NCBI GenBank assembly: GCA_039679675.1
Contig: JBDKUN010000033.1
Location: 32,001 to 96,000, forward strand
Length of the DNA stretch: 64,000 bases
Reading direction: 5' to 3'
Source of the DNA: Armatimonadota bacterium
Lineage (GTDB): Bacteria > Armatimonadota > UBA5829 > DTLH01
In this document: positions 30,763 to 41,066 of the stretch, one piece after another
How the letters are laid out: each line of letters begins with the position of its first letter
Numbering within the stretch: position 1 is the stretch's first letter
Made by a program: the position numbers and the translations under genes
The notes under the pieces: model-generated
Databases searched by the model: none
Told to the model about the DNA's origin: nothing
The model's input: only the letters and a program-made list of their open reading frames with translations

Positions 30763-30831
30763 CCGAGGCTCCTTCCAAACCGCGTATTTGCGGTAGAGCA
30801 ATTTTAGCAGTAATTACAGCTGCAATCAATC

Positions 30832-31515
30832 CTATAATCGAACGTAGGGCCGCATTTGTTCAAGTTTCTTCGGCCCTATTCCTTTTACGTTCTCAAGCTG
30901 CTCTATTGTGCTGAACCTGCCGACTTGATTTCGATAGTCGATGATTTTCTGTGCAGTGACGGGGCCTACTCCCGGCAGTTGATCGAGTTCTGCCAGCCCG
31001 GCAGTGTTGATGTTGACCATTACCGCACCGGATGTGCTGCCGGAAGCTCTGGATGGGGGAGGGGCTAAAGCCGCAGCCCTGCTGTTATCGATTGGTTGGC
31101 CGACGGCAGGGGCCGCTGGGCTTTTCGAGGGTACCAGTATCTGCGTTCCGTCCTGGACTTTGGCTGCAAGGTTTATCGCATCGAGCCGGGCGTCGCTTGT
31201 AGGCCCGCCAGCCATATGGATTGCATCGATCACGCGGCTGTCGGGGCTGAGACGGTAGACGCTGGGCTTTTTAACGCAGCCCGCAACGTGGACGACTACT
31301 TCGCGGGTGGCACCGGATGGTCTTGATGGTGTGATCGCCGGGGCGTCCGACGTAATACCGGTGTTTGATCCTCCGTCTACAATAGATACTCTCGAACTAT
31401 TCAAGGTAGGCCTGTTCGCGTTGCGAATGCGGCTGTAAGCCAGCCCCAAAAGAGAGATTCCTACGATAAATACCAGTGCAATTTGTGCATTTTTGGAGAA
31501 ATTGAGGTTTGTCAA
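30832..31515 (-). CDS. comEA: Competence DNA receptor ComEA
   Basis: N-terminal TM, SLBB (VHVAGCVKKP), HhH motifs NINTA..LPGVGP and VKGIGPK. Confidence 0.92.
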   Translation of the reverse strand: MTNLNFSKNAQIALVFIVGISLLGLAYSRIRNANRPTLNSSRVSIVDGGSNTGITSDAPAITPSRPSGATREVVVHVAGCVKKPSVYRLSPDSRVIDAIHMAGGPTSDARLDAINLAAKVQDGTQILVPSKSPAAPAVGQPIDNSRAAALAPPPSRASGSTSGAVMVNINTAGLAELDQLPGVGPVTAQKIIDYRNQVGRFSTIEQLENVKGIGPKKLEQMRPYVRL

Positions 31516-31720
31516 TTTATGTCACCCATTCGGATAATTATTGTTTGGAGTGACAATTCCTCCTGAGGCTGCCTAATGAAATCAAACTTCTTTGCGCAGC
31601 CTGTGTGATTATGGTAAACTTAAAACCGGCAAAGCAGCGCTTTGTGCTGCGTCAATAATTCTTGTGAATCCTTTGGAGACGGCCGGTTGCAAGCGACTGT
31701 TGCACCGGCCTCGTAATATA

Positions 31721-32383
31721 ATGAGATCAGCAATTTGGTGGGTAATCCCAGTCCTGGCAATTGCACTTCTGGCGGGATGTTCCAGGGTGGAGAAGCCGCA
31801 GACGGAAAATTTGGGTAATCAGGCAAAGCAACAGGTCAAATCGCCTGGAGAGCCTTCCGGTAAACCGGGCTCCAAGCCGGCTAAGCCGGATACAGAGTCT
31901 CAAAGCGGTAAAAAAGAAGAACCGGCTGCACCGAAGCTTAAAGTAGTCGGCCAAAAGGTGAGTCTGAATTGGCAGGAGGGCGGCAAACCCAAGCTTTCAG
32001 CTACGGCTGTGGAGCTTACCGGTGATACCCTGGCTGGGAAAGCTGTAATGAAGCGCGTAAGCGCAGAGTTGTATCAGGACGGCAAGCTTGTTGCCAAACT
32101 CGTGGCTCCCAATGTCGAGGCTGATGAGAAAACGAGAGTAGTCACTGCGTCCGGCGGGATTATCCTTACATCCACCGTTCCCGAAAGCACGATCCGCACT
32201 GTAAAGTGCAATTGGATAAAGTGGTATTCTAAAAGCGACAAGATTGTTGGCAACGGCGGAGTGACGGCGACCGGACCGTTGGCGAAGATAAAGGCCGCGG
32301 CGTTTACGGCGGATACGAAGTTGAGGACTGTTAAAGTGACGGCAGATCCTTCCGAGGCTAAAGCCGTAGTTGGGAAGCGCTAA
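31721..32383 (+). CDS. LptC-like lipoprotein
   Basis: Lipobox LAGC; beta-rich sequence; first gene of the lpt cluster. Confidence 0.65.
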   Translation: MRSAIWWVIPVLAIALLAGCSRVEKPQTENLGNQAKQQVKSPGEPSGKPGSKPAKPDTESQSGKKEEPAAPKLKVVGQKVSLNWQEGGKPKLSATAVELTGDTLAGKAVMKRVSAELYQDGKLVAKLVAPNVEADEKTRVVTASGGIILTSTVPESTIRTVKCNWIKWYSKSDKIVGNGGVTATGPLAKIKAAAFTADTKLRTVKVTADPSEAKAVVGKR

Positions 32384-32404
32384 GTAGGAAATAAGAGTTC
32401 ACAT

Positions 32405-32980
32405 ATGAAGAAAATACTTTGCATATTGCTTCTGGCAGCATTGGCAATTCCGGCTTTTAGCCAACAGAAGCAGCAGATAGGTTCCGTTGTCGTTGAGGGG
32501 TTCAAGGACTTGAGTGTGTCCAAAGACCAGGTGACACTCTCCGGCCCCAGGGTTTATATTCGGACGACTGATGGAAAGTTGGAAGCAAAGGCACAGAAGA
32601 TAATCATCAAGTTTGGTCCCGGCGGAGCTCAGGGCGGAATGGGCTCTCTCAAGAGCGCGACACTTACGGGCGATGTCTGGATGTTTTCCAAAATCGAAAA
32701 AGATAAATCGACCGAGGCCAGAGCGTCGAGCGTCGATATAGACTGGGCAGGGGCAAGGCAGGCCGTTCTGAACGGCAATGTGCAGATAGAGAGCACCGAC
32801 CCTTCGATGTTTGCTGAGCCGCTGACTATCACCGCCGACAAGGCCACGGTAAACCTCAAGCCGGATGCGGAATTGAAAGATGGCGAGACCCGGATCAGGA
32901 TCGAGAGTGATCCCGGAAAGAGTAAGATGCAGTTTACTCCGGTGGCCAAGCCAAAAACCGAAGAGAATAAGCAGGGCTGA
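32405..32980 (+). CDS. LptA/OstA-like periplasmic protein
   Basis: Signal peptide; ATLTGDV and VLNGNV beta-jellyroll-like motifs; directly upstream of lptB. Confidence 0.65.
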   Translation: MKKILCILLLAALAIPAFSQQKQQIGSVVVEGFKDLSVSKDQVTLSGPRVYIRTTDGKLEAKAQKIIIKFGPGGAQGGMGSLKSATLTGDVWMFSKIEKDKSTEARASSVDIDWAGARQAVLNGNVQIESTDPSMFAEPLTITADKATVNLKPDAELKDGETRIRIESDPGKSKMQFTPVAKPKTEENKQG

Positions 32981-32987
32981 CGCTGGA

Positions 32988-33710
32988 ATGCAGATAAGAA
33001 CGGAAAATCTGGCGAAGGTGTATCGCGGCAGGCGCGTTGTAGACAGTGTGAGCCTGGATGTCGCGCGCGGCGAGATAGTCGGGCTTCTCGGTCCGAACGG
33101 AGCAGGAAAGACCACCACATTTTACATGATCGTCGGCCTGATAAAGCCGAACGGCGGCCGGGTGTTCCTCGATGACCGCGATATAACCCGGATGCCGATG
33201 TACGGGCGCGCGCGTCTCGGCATCGGTTATTTGGCACAGGAGCCTTCCGTATTCCGCAAGCTGACTGTTGCCCAGAATGTCCTTCTCGTGCTTGAGATGG
33301 CCGGGGTGGGGAAGAAGGAACGGTTGAGAAAGACCGATCAGCTTCTGGATGAGCTTGGACTCCGGCAGTTGAAGGATGAACGCGGCATAGTGCTTTCCGG
33401 CGGAGAGAGAAGGCGCACGGAGATTGCCCGTGCGCTCGCTACCGACCCGGCGTTTATCCTGCTGGATGAGCCGTTTACTGGAGTCGACCCGATAGCGATA
33501 GACGATATTCAGACCACGATAGCAAGGCTCCGCTCGGAGAAGAACATAGGGATACTTATCACTGACCACAACGTGCGGGCAACGCTCAAGATCACGGACC
33601 GGGCTTATATCATATCCGAAGGCAAGATTGCTACATCAGGCCCAGCGGCCGAGCTTCCAAACGATCCCATCGCGAAGAAGTACTACCTCGGCGAACGGTT
33701 TGAGATGTGA
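32988..33710 (+). CDS. lptB: LPS export ABC transporter ATP-binding protein
   Basis: [46 protein letters not shown]. Confidence 0.96.
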   Translation: MQIRTENLAKVYRGRRVVDSVSLDVARGEIVGLLGPNGAGKTTTFYMIVGLIKPNGGRVFLDDRDITRMPMYGRARLGIGYLAQEPSVFRKLTVAQNVLLVLEMAGVGKKERLRKTDQLLDELGLRQLKDERGIVLSGGERRRTEIARALATDPAFILLDEPFTGVDPIAIDDIQTTIARLRSEKNIGILITDHNVRATLKITDRAYIISEGKIATSGPAAELPNDPIAKKYYLGERFEM

Positions 33711-33719
33711 GGCCGACAC

Positions 33720-34826
33720 GTGAAAATACTTGACCGTTTCATCAGCTCCGAGTTGATCGCACCTTTTTTCTTCGGAGTCGCAGCATTCACTTCCATCTTT
33801 TTCGCAGGCTCGTATCTGATGAAGCTGACCAGCCAGGTGCTTGCCGGTACGCCGGTTACAACAGCCATAATTCTGCTTGTACTGTATCTTCCATCCATAA
33901 TTGTTTTCACGCTCCCGATGTCGGCGCTTCTCGCGGTGCTTGTAGCTTTCAGCCGGCTTTCCAGTGAAAGCGAAGTCATTGCGCTTTACGCGGGCGGTGT
34001 CAGCATCTACCGGGCTATTGCCCCTGTCGTTGCGCTTGGGATTATAGTCACGGGAATCACATTCGGTCTGAGTGAGGTCATCGTGCCGAACGCCAACAGT
34101 CTCTCTCAGGATATACAAGCGCATATTTTGAAGGAAGAAGTCTCGACAGGAAAGCCTTTCGTTGTTATTGACAAAACCTCCAACTCAACCATTTATGTGC
34201 ACGGTGGGTTCAGTGCTAAAACAAAAACCATGCGCGATGTGACGATTACACGTTATAATGAGAATGAGCCGAGCATACTTTTCCAGGCGCGTGAAGCACG
34301 TTGGGAAGGCGAGAACAAGTGGGGGTCGAATGACTGGGGCCTGTACGATGGTAAGATGTACGCGCTTAGGCCGGATGGTTCCGGGGTTTCTGCGACATTC
34401 GAGGGGCTGAAGTCCAAGCAGATCAAGTTGAACCAGGACCCGCGTGATATTGTGCTGCATCAGAAGAAACCTGAAGACATGACCTTCAGAGAGTTGAGGC
34501 AGCAGGTAGATACTCTTTCAGACGGAGGAGTCCGGCCAGAGGAACTGCGAGAGCTTGAGGTAGATATGTATAATAAGCTCGCAATCCCGATTGCCGGGCT
34601 GGTTTTCGCGTTGATCGCGGCGCCTCTTGCAATAAGACCGGCAAGGGCCGGGGCATCGGTCGGTATAGGACTGAGCATTCTGATAATATTCGGCTATTGG
34701 CTCACGTGGCATATTACATCTGCGTTTGCCATACAGGGAGGAATCCCTCCTATAGTCGGCGCGTTTGTTGCTGATATACTGGGGCTTGCACTGGGCGTTA
34801 TCCTTTTGCTCCGAACGGCGAAATAG
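33720..34826 (+). CDS. LptF/LptG family permease
   Basis: ILDRFI start, 3+3 TM arrangement around a periplasmic domain, RLSSESE.IAL.AGG.S. Confidence 0.92.
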   Translation: MKILDRFISSELIAPFFFGVAAFTSIFFAGSYLMKLTSQVLAGTPVTTAIILLVLYLPSIIVFTLPMSALLAVLVAFSRLSSESEVIALYAGGVSIYRAIAPVVALGIIVTGITFGLSEVIVPNANSLSQDIQAHILKEEVSTGKPFVVIDKTSNSTIYVHGGFSAKTKTMRDVTITRYNENEPSILFQAREARWEGENKWGSNDWGLYDGKMYALRPDGSGVSATFEGLKSKQIKLNQDPRDIVLHQKKPEDMTFRELRQQVDTLSDGGVRPEELRELEVDMYNKLAIPIAGLVFALIAAPLAIRPARAGASVGIGLSILIIFGYWLTWHITSAFAIQGGIPPIVGAFVADILGLALGVILLLRTAK

Positions 34827-34830
34827 GTGA

Positions 34831-36318
34831 GTGATTAGAGTGACATATACTGTGCTCTTTATAGTAACACTGATAGCGGTATCCGGGTTGATCGCGTATC
34901 TTGGCGATCTGCTTGGACGTCGGATGGGTAAGCACCGGCTCACGCTGTTCGGACTGCGTCCACGCCATACCGCAGTTGTTATGACCACGATCACCGGAAT
35001 GCTCATTGCAGGGCTTACTTTTGCTACACTCATCGCCACAAGCTCAAGTCTCCGAGATGTGTTGATACACGGTGAGCAGCTTGCAAAAGATAACGAGATT
35101 TACCAGGCAAAAAACAAAGAGCTGCATAACAGTAATGTCAATCTTACCGCTACAAGCAGCAGGCTCTCCAGAGAAGTCCGTGAGAAATCGAAGCAGGTGG
35201 CTGCAGCCCGGAAAGAGGCGGAGAACGCGCTTAAGGCGAGAAACGAAGTCCGGCTGCATGTAAAGCAACTGCAGGCTGAGATCAAGAAAAGCCAAATAGA
35301 ACTTTTTAAATTGAGCCGCACCGGAAAATTGACCGAAAATCGGCTGAAGGTAATATCTGCAAGTCTCAGAAACCGTAAAAAGGAGCTTGCCTCAGTCAGA
35401 GCGAACCTTGCTAAAAAGGACAGCGAACTCATCGAGAAGCTGAATGACCTCGTCGAGAAAGATTCTGAGCTTGCCGAGAAGAAATCCGAGCTTCAGGATA
35501 AAGAGGTAAGCATCACAAGGGCCGAAAACACGATCAAGGAGCACGAAGCGCTTATACAGGAACAGCAGCTGTATCTCAGACGTGCTGTTCGGCTTACAGA
35601 CCTGCTTTTGACAGGCGATGTCGTCATACAGCAGGGACAGGAGCTTGACCGCAGGGTAATCAACAGCTCTCTTTCTCCGTCTGAACTTCGCGCCGAGTTC
35701 GTCAGCATGCTCGATGAAGCAAATGATAAAGCAAAGAAGGCAAATGCAGGGCCAAACGACGGGAAGTCCCGCAGCGTGCAGCTTGTTTACAGTGATAAGG
35801 CTACCGGCGCATTCAGCGATGACGAGAAAGCCGGTATAGATGAAGCCGTAAACGCTATCATCGAACAGGGCAAGGATAGCCAGGTGAAAAGTGTTCTGGC
35901 ACAGCTTATTGTTGTAAATAACACCCTGAAAGGCGAGAAGGCGCTTGTAAAACTGAGGTTTTACTGGAACACTTTGAAATTCCAGCGCGGGCAGAATATT
36001 GCGAGCCGCACTATAGACGGCAGTATGTCAGAAGGCAGGATTTTACTCTCTGTGATGGATTTTTTGCGCGAAAACGTGAGATCATCAGCGGAGAAAGCCG
36101 GAATCGTGCCGGTAGCAAATCCTGACCCTGAAGAGGTTGGAGAGCCGATATCGAGCAAGCAGTTCGATGATGTCATGGAACTTGTTGAGAATATCAGCAA
36201 GCTCGGCAGGAAGGTGGAAATTCGCGCAGTGGCTCGGAAGGACATCTACGCTGCAGGCCCTCTCAATCTGGACAGCATCGGCTTTGCTATCAATACTATG
36301 ACTTCCGCATCGAGATAA
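34831..36318 (+). CDS. DUF3084 family membrane-anchored coiled-coil protein
   Basis: IAYLGD.LG..MGK.RLTLFGLRPRHTA N-terminus; long heptad region. Confidence 0.85.
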   Translation: MIRVTYTVLFIVTLIAVSGLIAYLGDLLGRRMGKHRLTLFGLRPRHTAVVMTTITGMLIAGLTFATLIATSSSLRDVLIHGEQLAKDNEIYQAKNKELHNSNVNLTATSSRLSREVREKSKQVAAARKEAENALKARNEVRLHVKQLQAEIKKSQIELFKLSRTGKLTENRLKVISASLRNRKKELASVRANLAKKDSELIEKLNDLVEKDSELAEKKSELQDKEVSITRAENTIKEHEALIQEQQLYLRRAVRLTDLLLTGDVVIQQGQELDRRVINSSLSPSELRAEFVSMLDEANDKAKKANAGPNDGKSRSVQLVYSDKATGAFSDDEKAGIDEAVNAIIEQGKDSQVKSVLAQLIVVNNTLKGEKALVKLRFYWNTLKFQRGQNIASRTIDGSMSEGRILLSVMDFLRENVRSSAEKAGIVPVANPDPEEVGEPISSKQFDDVMELVENISKLGRKVEIRAVARKDIYAAGPLNLDSIGFAINTMTSASR

Positions 36319-36322
36319 GGCC

Positions 36323-36718
36323 GTGATTACAGTCCTCGCTGTCGACCCCGGACGTTCAAAGTGCGGTATTGCTGTTGTTTCCAGCGCTGATGGCATCCTC
36401 CATCGAGCTGTAATAGCTACAAATGACCTGCCCGGCGCAGTTACTTCACTTATCACCCGGTTCAGCCCGGAAGTTATGGTTATAGGGTCAGGGACCGGCT
36501 CGCAAGAAGCTATTTCCTCACTTGGCGATCTGGAAGTGCCTGTCAGAGTAGTAAACGAGAGACACAGCACAGAAGAAGCCCGCGCACGTTACTTCAAGGA
36601 CAATCCTCCGCGCGGTTGGCGAAAATATGTCCCGATTGGGCTTCAAACTCCGCCGCAACCCTATGATGACTATGCTGCAGTCGTGCTTGCTGAGGAGTAT
36701 TTGGAGAGAACAGAATAA
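36323..36718 (+). CDS. YqgF/RuvX-like RNase H-fold nuclease
   Basis: VDPGRSKCG, GSGTGS, VNERHSTEEAR, DDYAAVVLA. Confidence 0.85.
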   Translation: MITVLAVDPGRSKCGIAVVSSADGILHRAVIATNDLPGAVTSLITRFSPEVMVIGSGTGSQEAISSLGDLEVPVRVVNERHSTEEARARYFKDNPPRGWRKYVPIGLQTPPQPYDDYAAVVLAEEYLERTE

Positions 36719-36720
36719 AT

Positions 36721-36751
36721 TTGGAGTGCGGAAGCGTTAGCTTCACTGCTT
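36721..36751 (+). repeat. Short palindromic repeat, second copy at 40689-40718
   Basis: TTGGAGTGCGGAAGCG-ttagcttcactgctt versus TTGGAGTGCGGAAGCG-gcagcttccgcttt. Confidence 0.55.
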
Positions 36752-37865
36752 ATCCTCCCTCTACATACACCCGAGGCAGAAGCGGATTTGTTGTGACTCT
36801 TCTTGCAGGAATTATCACTTCGTCTCCGATAGCTGCGTCTGGAATATGCGTTACATCGACTGAGCACATCTGCATGGCTATTCTTCCGGCGACAGGGGCT
36901 CTCTTACCCCTTATAGTGACTGTCAGAGCAGGTTTTTTCATAAGTTTCTGTGCAACTAATCGCAACACCCCGCGCCGCGCCAGACTCTCCGGCGCCAGAG
37001 TCAGCCCATCTGCCCATCCAAGCGGTATTACGGCGATTCTGCTCTCCTTTTTTGTGCGATGTTCTGCTCCATACCCGATTGCATACCCCGCAGGGACGGT
37101 TTTTATAAAGCTTATTCGTGCTTTCAACTTCCAGGTGTTCTTCAGATCCAGAGTTCGCGGTACATAACGGGAAGGATACTGGCCGTAGAGGATAGTCCCC
37201 GGCCGGACCATGTCGAAATGGGAGTCCGGCAGGCGAAGGATTGCCGAGCTGTTTGCCGCGTGGACTATGCCAGGGTCAAGAAACGCCTGCTTGATGGCCT
37301 GTACAGCATTGTTAAACTTTTCGAGTTGTTCCTTAGCAGAACTCATATCTTTCTCTGCTGCGGTGGCAAGGTGGGTATACGTCCCTGCGTGATTAACACC
37401 CTCAGTAGCGGCAATCATGCGGGCGAGATCAACGGCTTTGGACGGCAGCACGCCGAGTCTTCCCATCCCGGTATCGATCTTCAGATGTACACCAATCGTC
37501 TTGTGTGCTTCGCAGGCAGCTGCTCCAAGTGTTGCGACAAGCTCTGGGGTACAGATGGTGCATTCTGCATCGAGTTTTACGGCTTCAGCGGCTGCTCCTG
37601 GCTGGATGGAGTCGAATACGAGTACCGGCGCGGTGATGCCGCCGTCACGGAGGCGCGCAGCTTCTTCGAGCCGCGTCACAGCGAGAGAATCGGCTCCGGC
37701 ATTTAAAATAGCCCTGGATGTCTCGACTTCGCCATGACCGTAAGCGTTGGCCTTGACGACAGCCATCATCCGCACGTTGTCCCCGATGAGGGACCTGATT
37801 TGCCCGACGTTATGTTTTATCGCGTCGAGATCGACTTCCACCCAAGCATCCCGCTCATAATTCAT
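36750..37865 (-). CDS. Alanine racemase family protein (divergent paralog)
   Basis: VVKANAYGHG (PLP Lys), HLKIDTGMGRLG, HAANS, MVRPG, IGYG; atypical GWADG and RIAMQM. Confidence 0.88.
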   Translation of the reverse strand: MNYERDAWVEVDLDAIKHNVGQIRSLIGDNVRMMAVVKANAYGHGEVETSRAILNAGADSLAVTRLEEAARLRDGGITAPVLVFDSIQPGAAAEAVKLDAECTICTPELVATLGAAACEAHKTIGVHLKIDTGMGRLGVLPSKAVDLARMIAATEGVNHAGTYTHLATAAEKDMSSAKEQLEKFNNAVQAIKQAFLDPGIVHAANSSAILRLPDSHFDMVRPGTILYGQYPSRYVPRTLDLKNTWKLKARISFIKTVPAGYAIGYGAEHRTKKESRIAVIPLGWADGLTLAPESLARRGVLRLVAQKLMKKPALTVTIRGKRAPVAGRIAMQMCSVDVTHIPDAAIGDEVIIPARRVTTNPLLPRVYVEGG

Positions 37866-37961
37866 TAATTTGCGTCCTTTGCGATCTACGGATAAGAAAA
37901 AGCGAAGCGCTTTATGCTCCTACATCATATCACATTATACAAGGCTGTTCGCCAGGCGCTG

Positions 37962-38120
37962 TAAGAGTTCACTCTTGCAAGAATTATATATCAACCTGAA
38001 CAACCAGCGCGTCATCATGGATGGAAGCACGTCACCCTGAACTTGATTCAGGGTCCATTTTCTTCCTGGATGCTGAGTCAAGCTCAGCATGACGTTGTAC
38101 TCATCAACTCTGAACTATTA
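37962..38120 (+). mobile_element. MITE-like element (~160 bp) containing a family-1 double hairpin
   Basis: Ends TAAGAGTTCA...TGAACTATTA; colinear with 44058-44217. Confidence 0.65.
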
Positions 38121-38230
38121 CCAGGAGCTTTACTCATCACAGTCTAGCATTTATTATAATATCTGAGACAAGTTGGCTCAGATATAAAGGAGATTTGCCG
38201 CATCATCAAGGCGCGGCATTGGAGCAAAAA

Positions 38231-39481
38231 ATGAAAGGCAGGATCACAAAGGTGTGTATTGCAGGTCTGCTGTGCAGTGGACTGATAATGTCCACGTGTG
38301 CGGCTTATGCGGGCGAAAGTAAAAGAAACTACGATTTTGACGGCAAAATCTCGCAGGAAGTGCTTCGAAATTACCTGTCCAGGGCCGTCACGATCAACGG
38401 GCTCAGTTTCAGCCCTCAAAAAGAAGATGACATCCGTATGGTCAAGAACATCGGTGCGAAGTTTCTTGGCCGTGTTGCTTATATATGGGGCAATCCCTGG
38501 GGTGATGAATCAGGCTACTGGCATGAGATGAAAGCCGTCGCGGAGCGGCTGCATAAGGACGACCCGCAGTATATAATTCAAGCCTGTATATTCGAGGCCA
38601 TCCATCCGGGGATAGACAATGTGCCTGTTCCTGACTGGGTATTCAAAGAGTTCGGCCTGAAACCGGAGCATCGGAATTTCAGATATAAAGACACGCTTTT
38701 TGACAACGACAAGATGGCTGGCAAATGGGGAAGCGATGGTTCGGTCCCTGATATAAGCAAACTGGAAACGAAAATGTGGTTCTTCTACCGCGCGAAGATG
38801 TACATTGACTGTGGGTATGAGGGGCTTCACCTGGGGCAGATAGGTATGATCGGCAGAGCTGACCCCGGCTATAAGAACTGGAAAGATGTCATCGACCGGA
38901 TTCGCCGCTATGCCGCTAAGCACGCAAGACGGCATTACATAATCATCGATGCGCATGTAAATGTTCAAAATGACGGGAATGTGCCGGTAGTAGCCGGCAA
39001 AATACTGCTAGATTTCTTCAGTTTCCCGACTCGTCCGGTGGAGGTTCCCGGAGAACCGATGAAAGCTGTATTAAAAGTCGGACATGCCGATACTATTTAT
39101 AAGAGAAGTCCTGGAGGTATTCACCCGAGCGGGTGGAAGTGTGAGCATGTGCCGACTCTGGTGGAGTTCGATCAGTGCCATGCGAGCGGCAGGGAAGGAC
39201 AGCCGAATCTTGGCACGCCTTTCGTCTGGGGATATGAAGAGGCGACATGGTTTGCCCACCAGCCGGAAGAATATCGGAATGAATGGCTCAGATACGCCTG
39301 GAAATGGCTGAAAGAGAACGACCCGAACTGCCATTTCCAAATGCCGGGCAGTATTCCTATGCAAGTTCCGATAGATGGAGACAATTGGTACAGGGCGAAT
39401 ACCAAAAGTGCTGCGAGCCCGCATGGGTTCAGCCAGGAAGAGACCATCAAGGCTATCTGGGCGGCAGATAGCGGTAAATAG
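38231..39481 (+). CDS. Secreted hypothetical protein, possibly carbohydrate-active
   Basis: Signal peptide ending AYA; Trp/Tyr-rich ~415-aa ORF; GGAG RBS. Confidence 0.7.
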   Translation: MKGRITKVCIAGLLCSGLIMSTCAAYAGESKRNYDFDGKISQEVLRNYLSRAVTINGLSFSPQKEDDIRMVKNIGAKFLGRVAYIWGNPWGDESGYWHEMKAVAERLHKDDPQYIIQACIFEAIHPGIDNVPVPDWVFKEFGLKPEHRNFRYKDTLFDNDKMAGKWGSDGSVPDISKLETKMWFFYRAKMYIDCGYEGLHLGQIGMIGRADPGYKNWKDVIDRIRRYAAKHARRHYIIIDAHVNVQNDGNVPVVAGKILLDFFSFPTRPVEVPGEPMKAVLKVGHADTIYKRSPGGIHPSGWKCEHVPTLVEFDQCHASGREGQPNLGTPFVWGYEEATWFAHQPEEYRNEWLRYAWKWLKENDPNCHFQMPGSIPMQVPIDGDNWYRANTKSAASPHGFSQEETIKAIWAADSGK

Positions 39482-39501
39482 AAAATAGACAGGGGAAAGA
39501 T

Positions 39502-40581
39502 ATGACTCGCGTTTATAACTTCAATGCAGGCCCGGCTGCTCTTCCGCTTCCGGTGCTCAAAAAAGCACAGGCGGAGATGCTGGATGCTTGCAACACCGGG
39601 ATGTCGATTATGGAGATATCCCACAGATCAAGGGAATTCGATGCCGTGATCGAAAGCGCCGAAGCAAATGTCCGCAGGCTTCTGGGCATAACGGATGATT
39701 ACTCGGTCCTGTTCCTTCAGGGCGGCGCGAGCATGCAGTTTGCCATGATCCCGCTGAATTTGCGGAGAGAAGGCCGTGCAGCTGATTATGTAAACACCGG
39801 TGTCTGGGCATCGAAGGCTATAAATGAAGCAAAGATCGGCGGAAAGGTCCACGTCGCCTGGGACGGGCGGGATGAGAACTATATCCGCACTCCAAATGAA
39901 GACGAACTGAATTTCACCCACGGAGCTGAGTATGTTCACATCTGCTCAAACGAGACTGTAGGCGGAATACGCTTTCCAATGTTTCCCCGGACTGAAGCGC
40001 CGCTCATCGCCGATATGTCGAGCGAGATTATGTCGCGCGTAATCGATGTAAACCGGTTCGGGATGATCTATGCAGGCGCTCAGAAGAACCTGGGGCCATC
40101 AGGACTTGCGCTGGTAATCATCAGAAAAGACCTGATAGAACGCAGCCCTGAGACGATCAATATATTCCTGCGCTACAAGACCCATGCTGAGGGGAAAAGC
40201 CTCTATAACACGCCGAATACATGGGCTATTTACATACTGAAACTTGTCACGGACTGGGTGGAGGACCTCGGCGGGCTTCCCGCGATGCAGTCGATAAACG
40301 AAGAGAAGGCCGGGATACTCTACAACACGCTTGATTCCAGCTCTTTCTGGACTGTCCCTGTTTCAAAAGAAAGCCGGTCGATAATGAACATCGTCTGGCG
40401 GCTTCCCAGCACAGAACTCGAAGATATGTTCCTTCCAGAAGCCAAAACAGCCGGGTTTGTGGGGCTGAAAGGCCACCGTTTGGTCGGCGGAATCCGCGCA
40501 AGCATCTACAACGCCGTCTCAAAGGATGCTGTAATAGCGCTCGCAGAGTTCATGAGTGACTTCGAGAAGAGAAGGGGATAG
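39502..40581 (+). CDS. serC: Phosphoserine aminotransferase
   Basis: NFNAGPA, SHRS, FLQGGA, DMSS, YAGAQKNLGP, GHR.VGGIRAS.YN. Confidence 0.97.
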   Translation: MTRVYNFNAGPAALPLPVLKKAQAEMLDACNTGMSIMEISHRSREFDAVIESAEANVRRLLGITDDYSVLFLQGGASMQFAMIPLNLRREGRAADYVNTGVWASKAINEAKIGGKVHVAWDGRDENYIRTPNEDELNFTHGAEYVHICSNETVGGIRFPMFPRTEAPLIADMSSEIMSRVIDVNRFGMIYAGAQKNLGPSGLALVIIRKDLIERSPETINIFLRYKTHAEGKSLYNTPNTWAIYILKLVTDWVEDLGGLPAMQSINEEKAGILYNTLDSSSFWTVPVSKESRSIMNIVWRLPSTELEDMFLPEAKTAGFVGLKGHRLVGGIRASIYNAVSKDAVIALAEFMSDFEKRRG

Positions 40582-40738
40582 GGTTGGGGGTCTTTTTCGA
40601 CTATCCCAGGGTAAACGCATCTGAGTATAGAAGAGGCAAGATGGAGAATTGGGGTCAGTGTGAATGGTGCAAGTCTCTACCAATTTCTTTGGAGTGCGGA
40701 AGCGGCAGCTTCCGCTTTTCTATCAACATTCTCTTTTG

Positions 40739-40920
40739 AAACGCGAATTACGCGGATTTAGCGGATATCACGAATGGTAGAGACTTAAAACATCTACAAT
40801 AAGACCCTCAAGTCTTCATCAATCCCTTTTTACTTTGCTTCGGACCGCTTGCTGCCGAAGCCGACGCCGTAGGTGTCGAGTTTCGAATTTTTCGCGCTTC
40901 TTCGCGCATTTCGCGATTCA
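40739..40920. repeat. Repeat mosaic: ~9-mer CGCGAA-type tandem arrays (40739-40775, 40888-40920) and a family-3 copy (40834-40880)
   Basis: acgcgaattacgcggatttagcggatatcacgaat and ttcgcgcttcttcgcgcatttcgcgattca; similar arrays at 4448-4475 and 57074-57115. Confidence 0.7.
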
Positions 40921-40971
40921 GGATCTTCGATGCCGTTTCGAAATATGGTGCGTTTGCCCTTCGACTACTCC

Positions 40972-41001
40972 TTGACTCCATCCAAGCTTGCTTGCTATAG
41001 T
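40972..41001 (+). promoter_or_regulatory. Sigma70-type promoter for tldD-pmbA
   Basis: TTGACT-18 bp-TATAGT with extended TG. Confidence 0.55.
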
Positions 41002-41066
41002 TTCAAAGGTAGTGCGGCTGGGTACGAACAACCAACCACTCAAAGCGGAGGGGGGATTACGTCAGA

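Noticed and set aside
32399..33569. Several 200-240 aa antisense ORFs
   Set aside because: Shadows of the GC-rich lptA/lptB genes.
35410..35505. Repeated KDSEL..K units in DUF3084 as a DNA repeat element
   Set aside because: Explained by coiled-coil heptad expansion within the protein.
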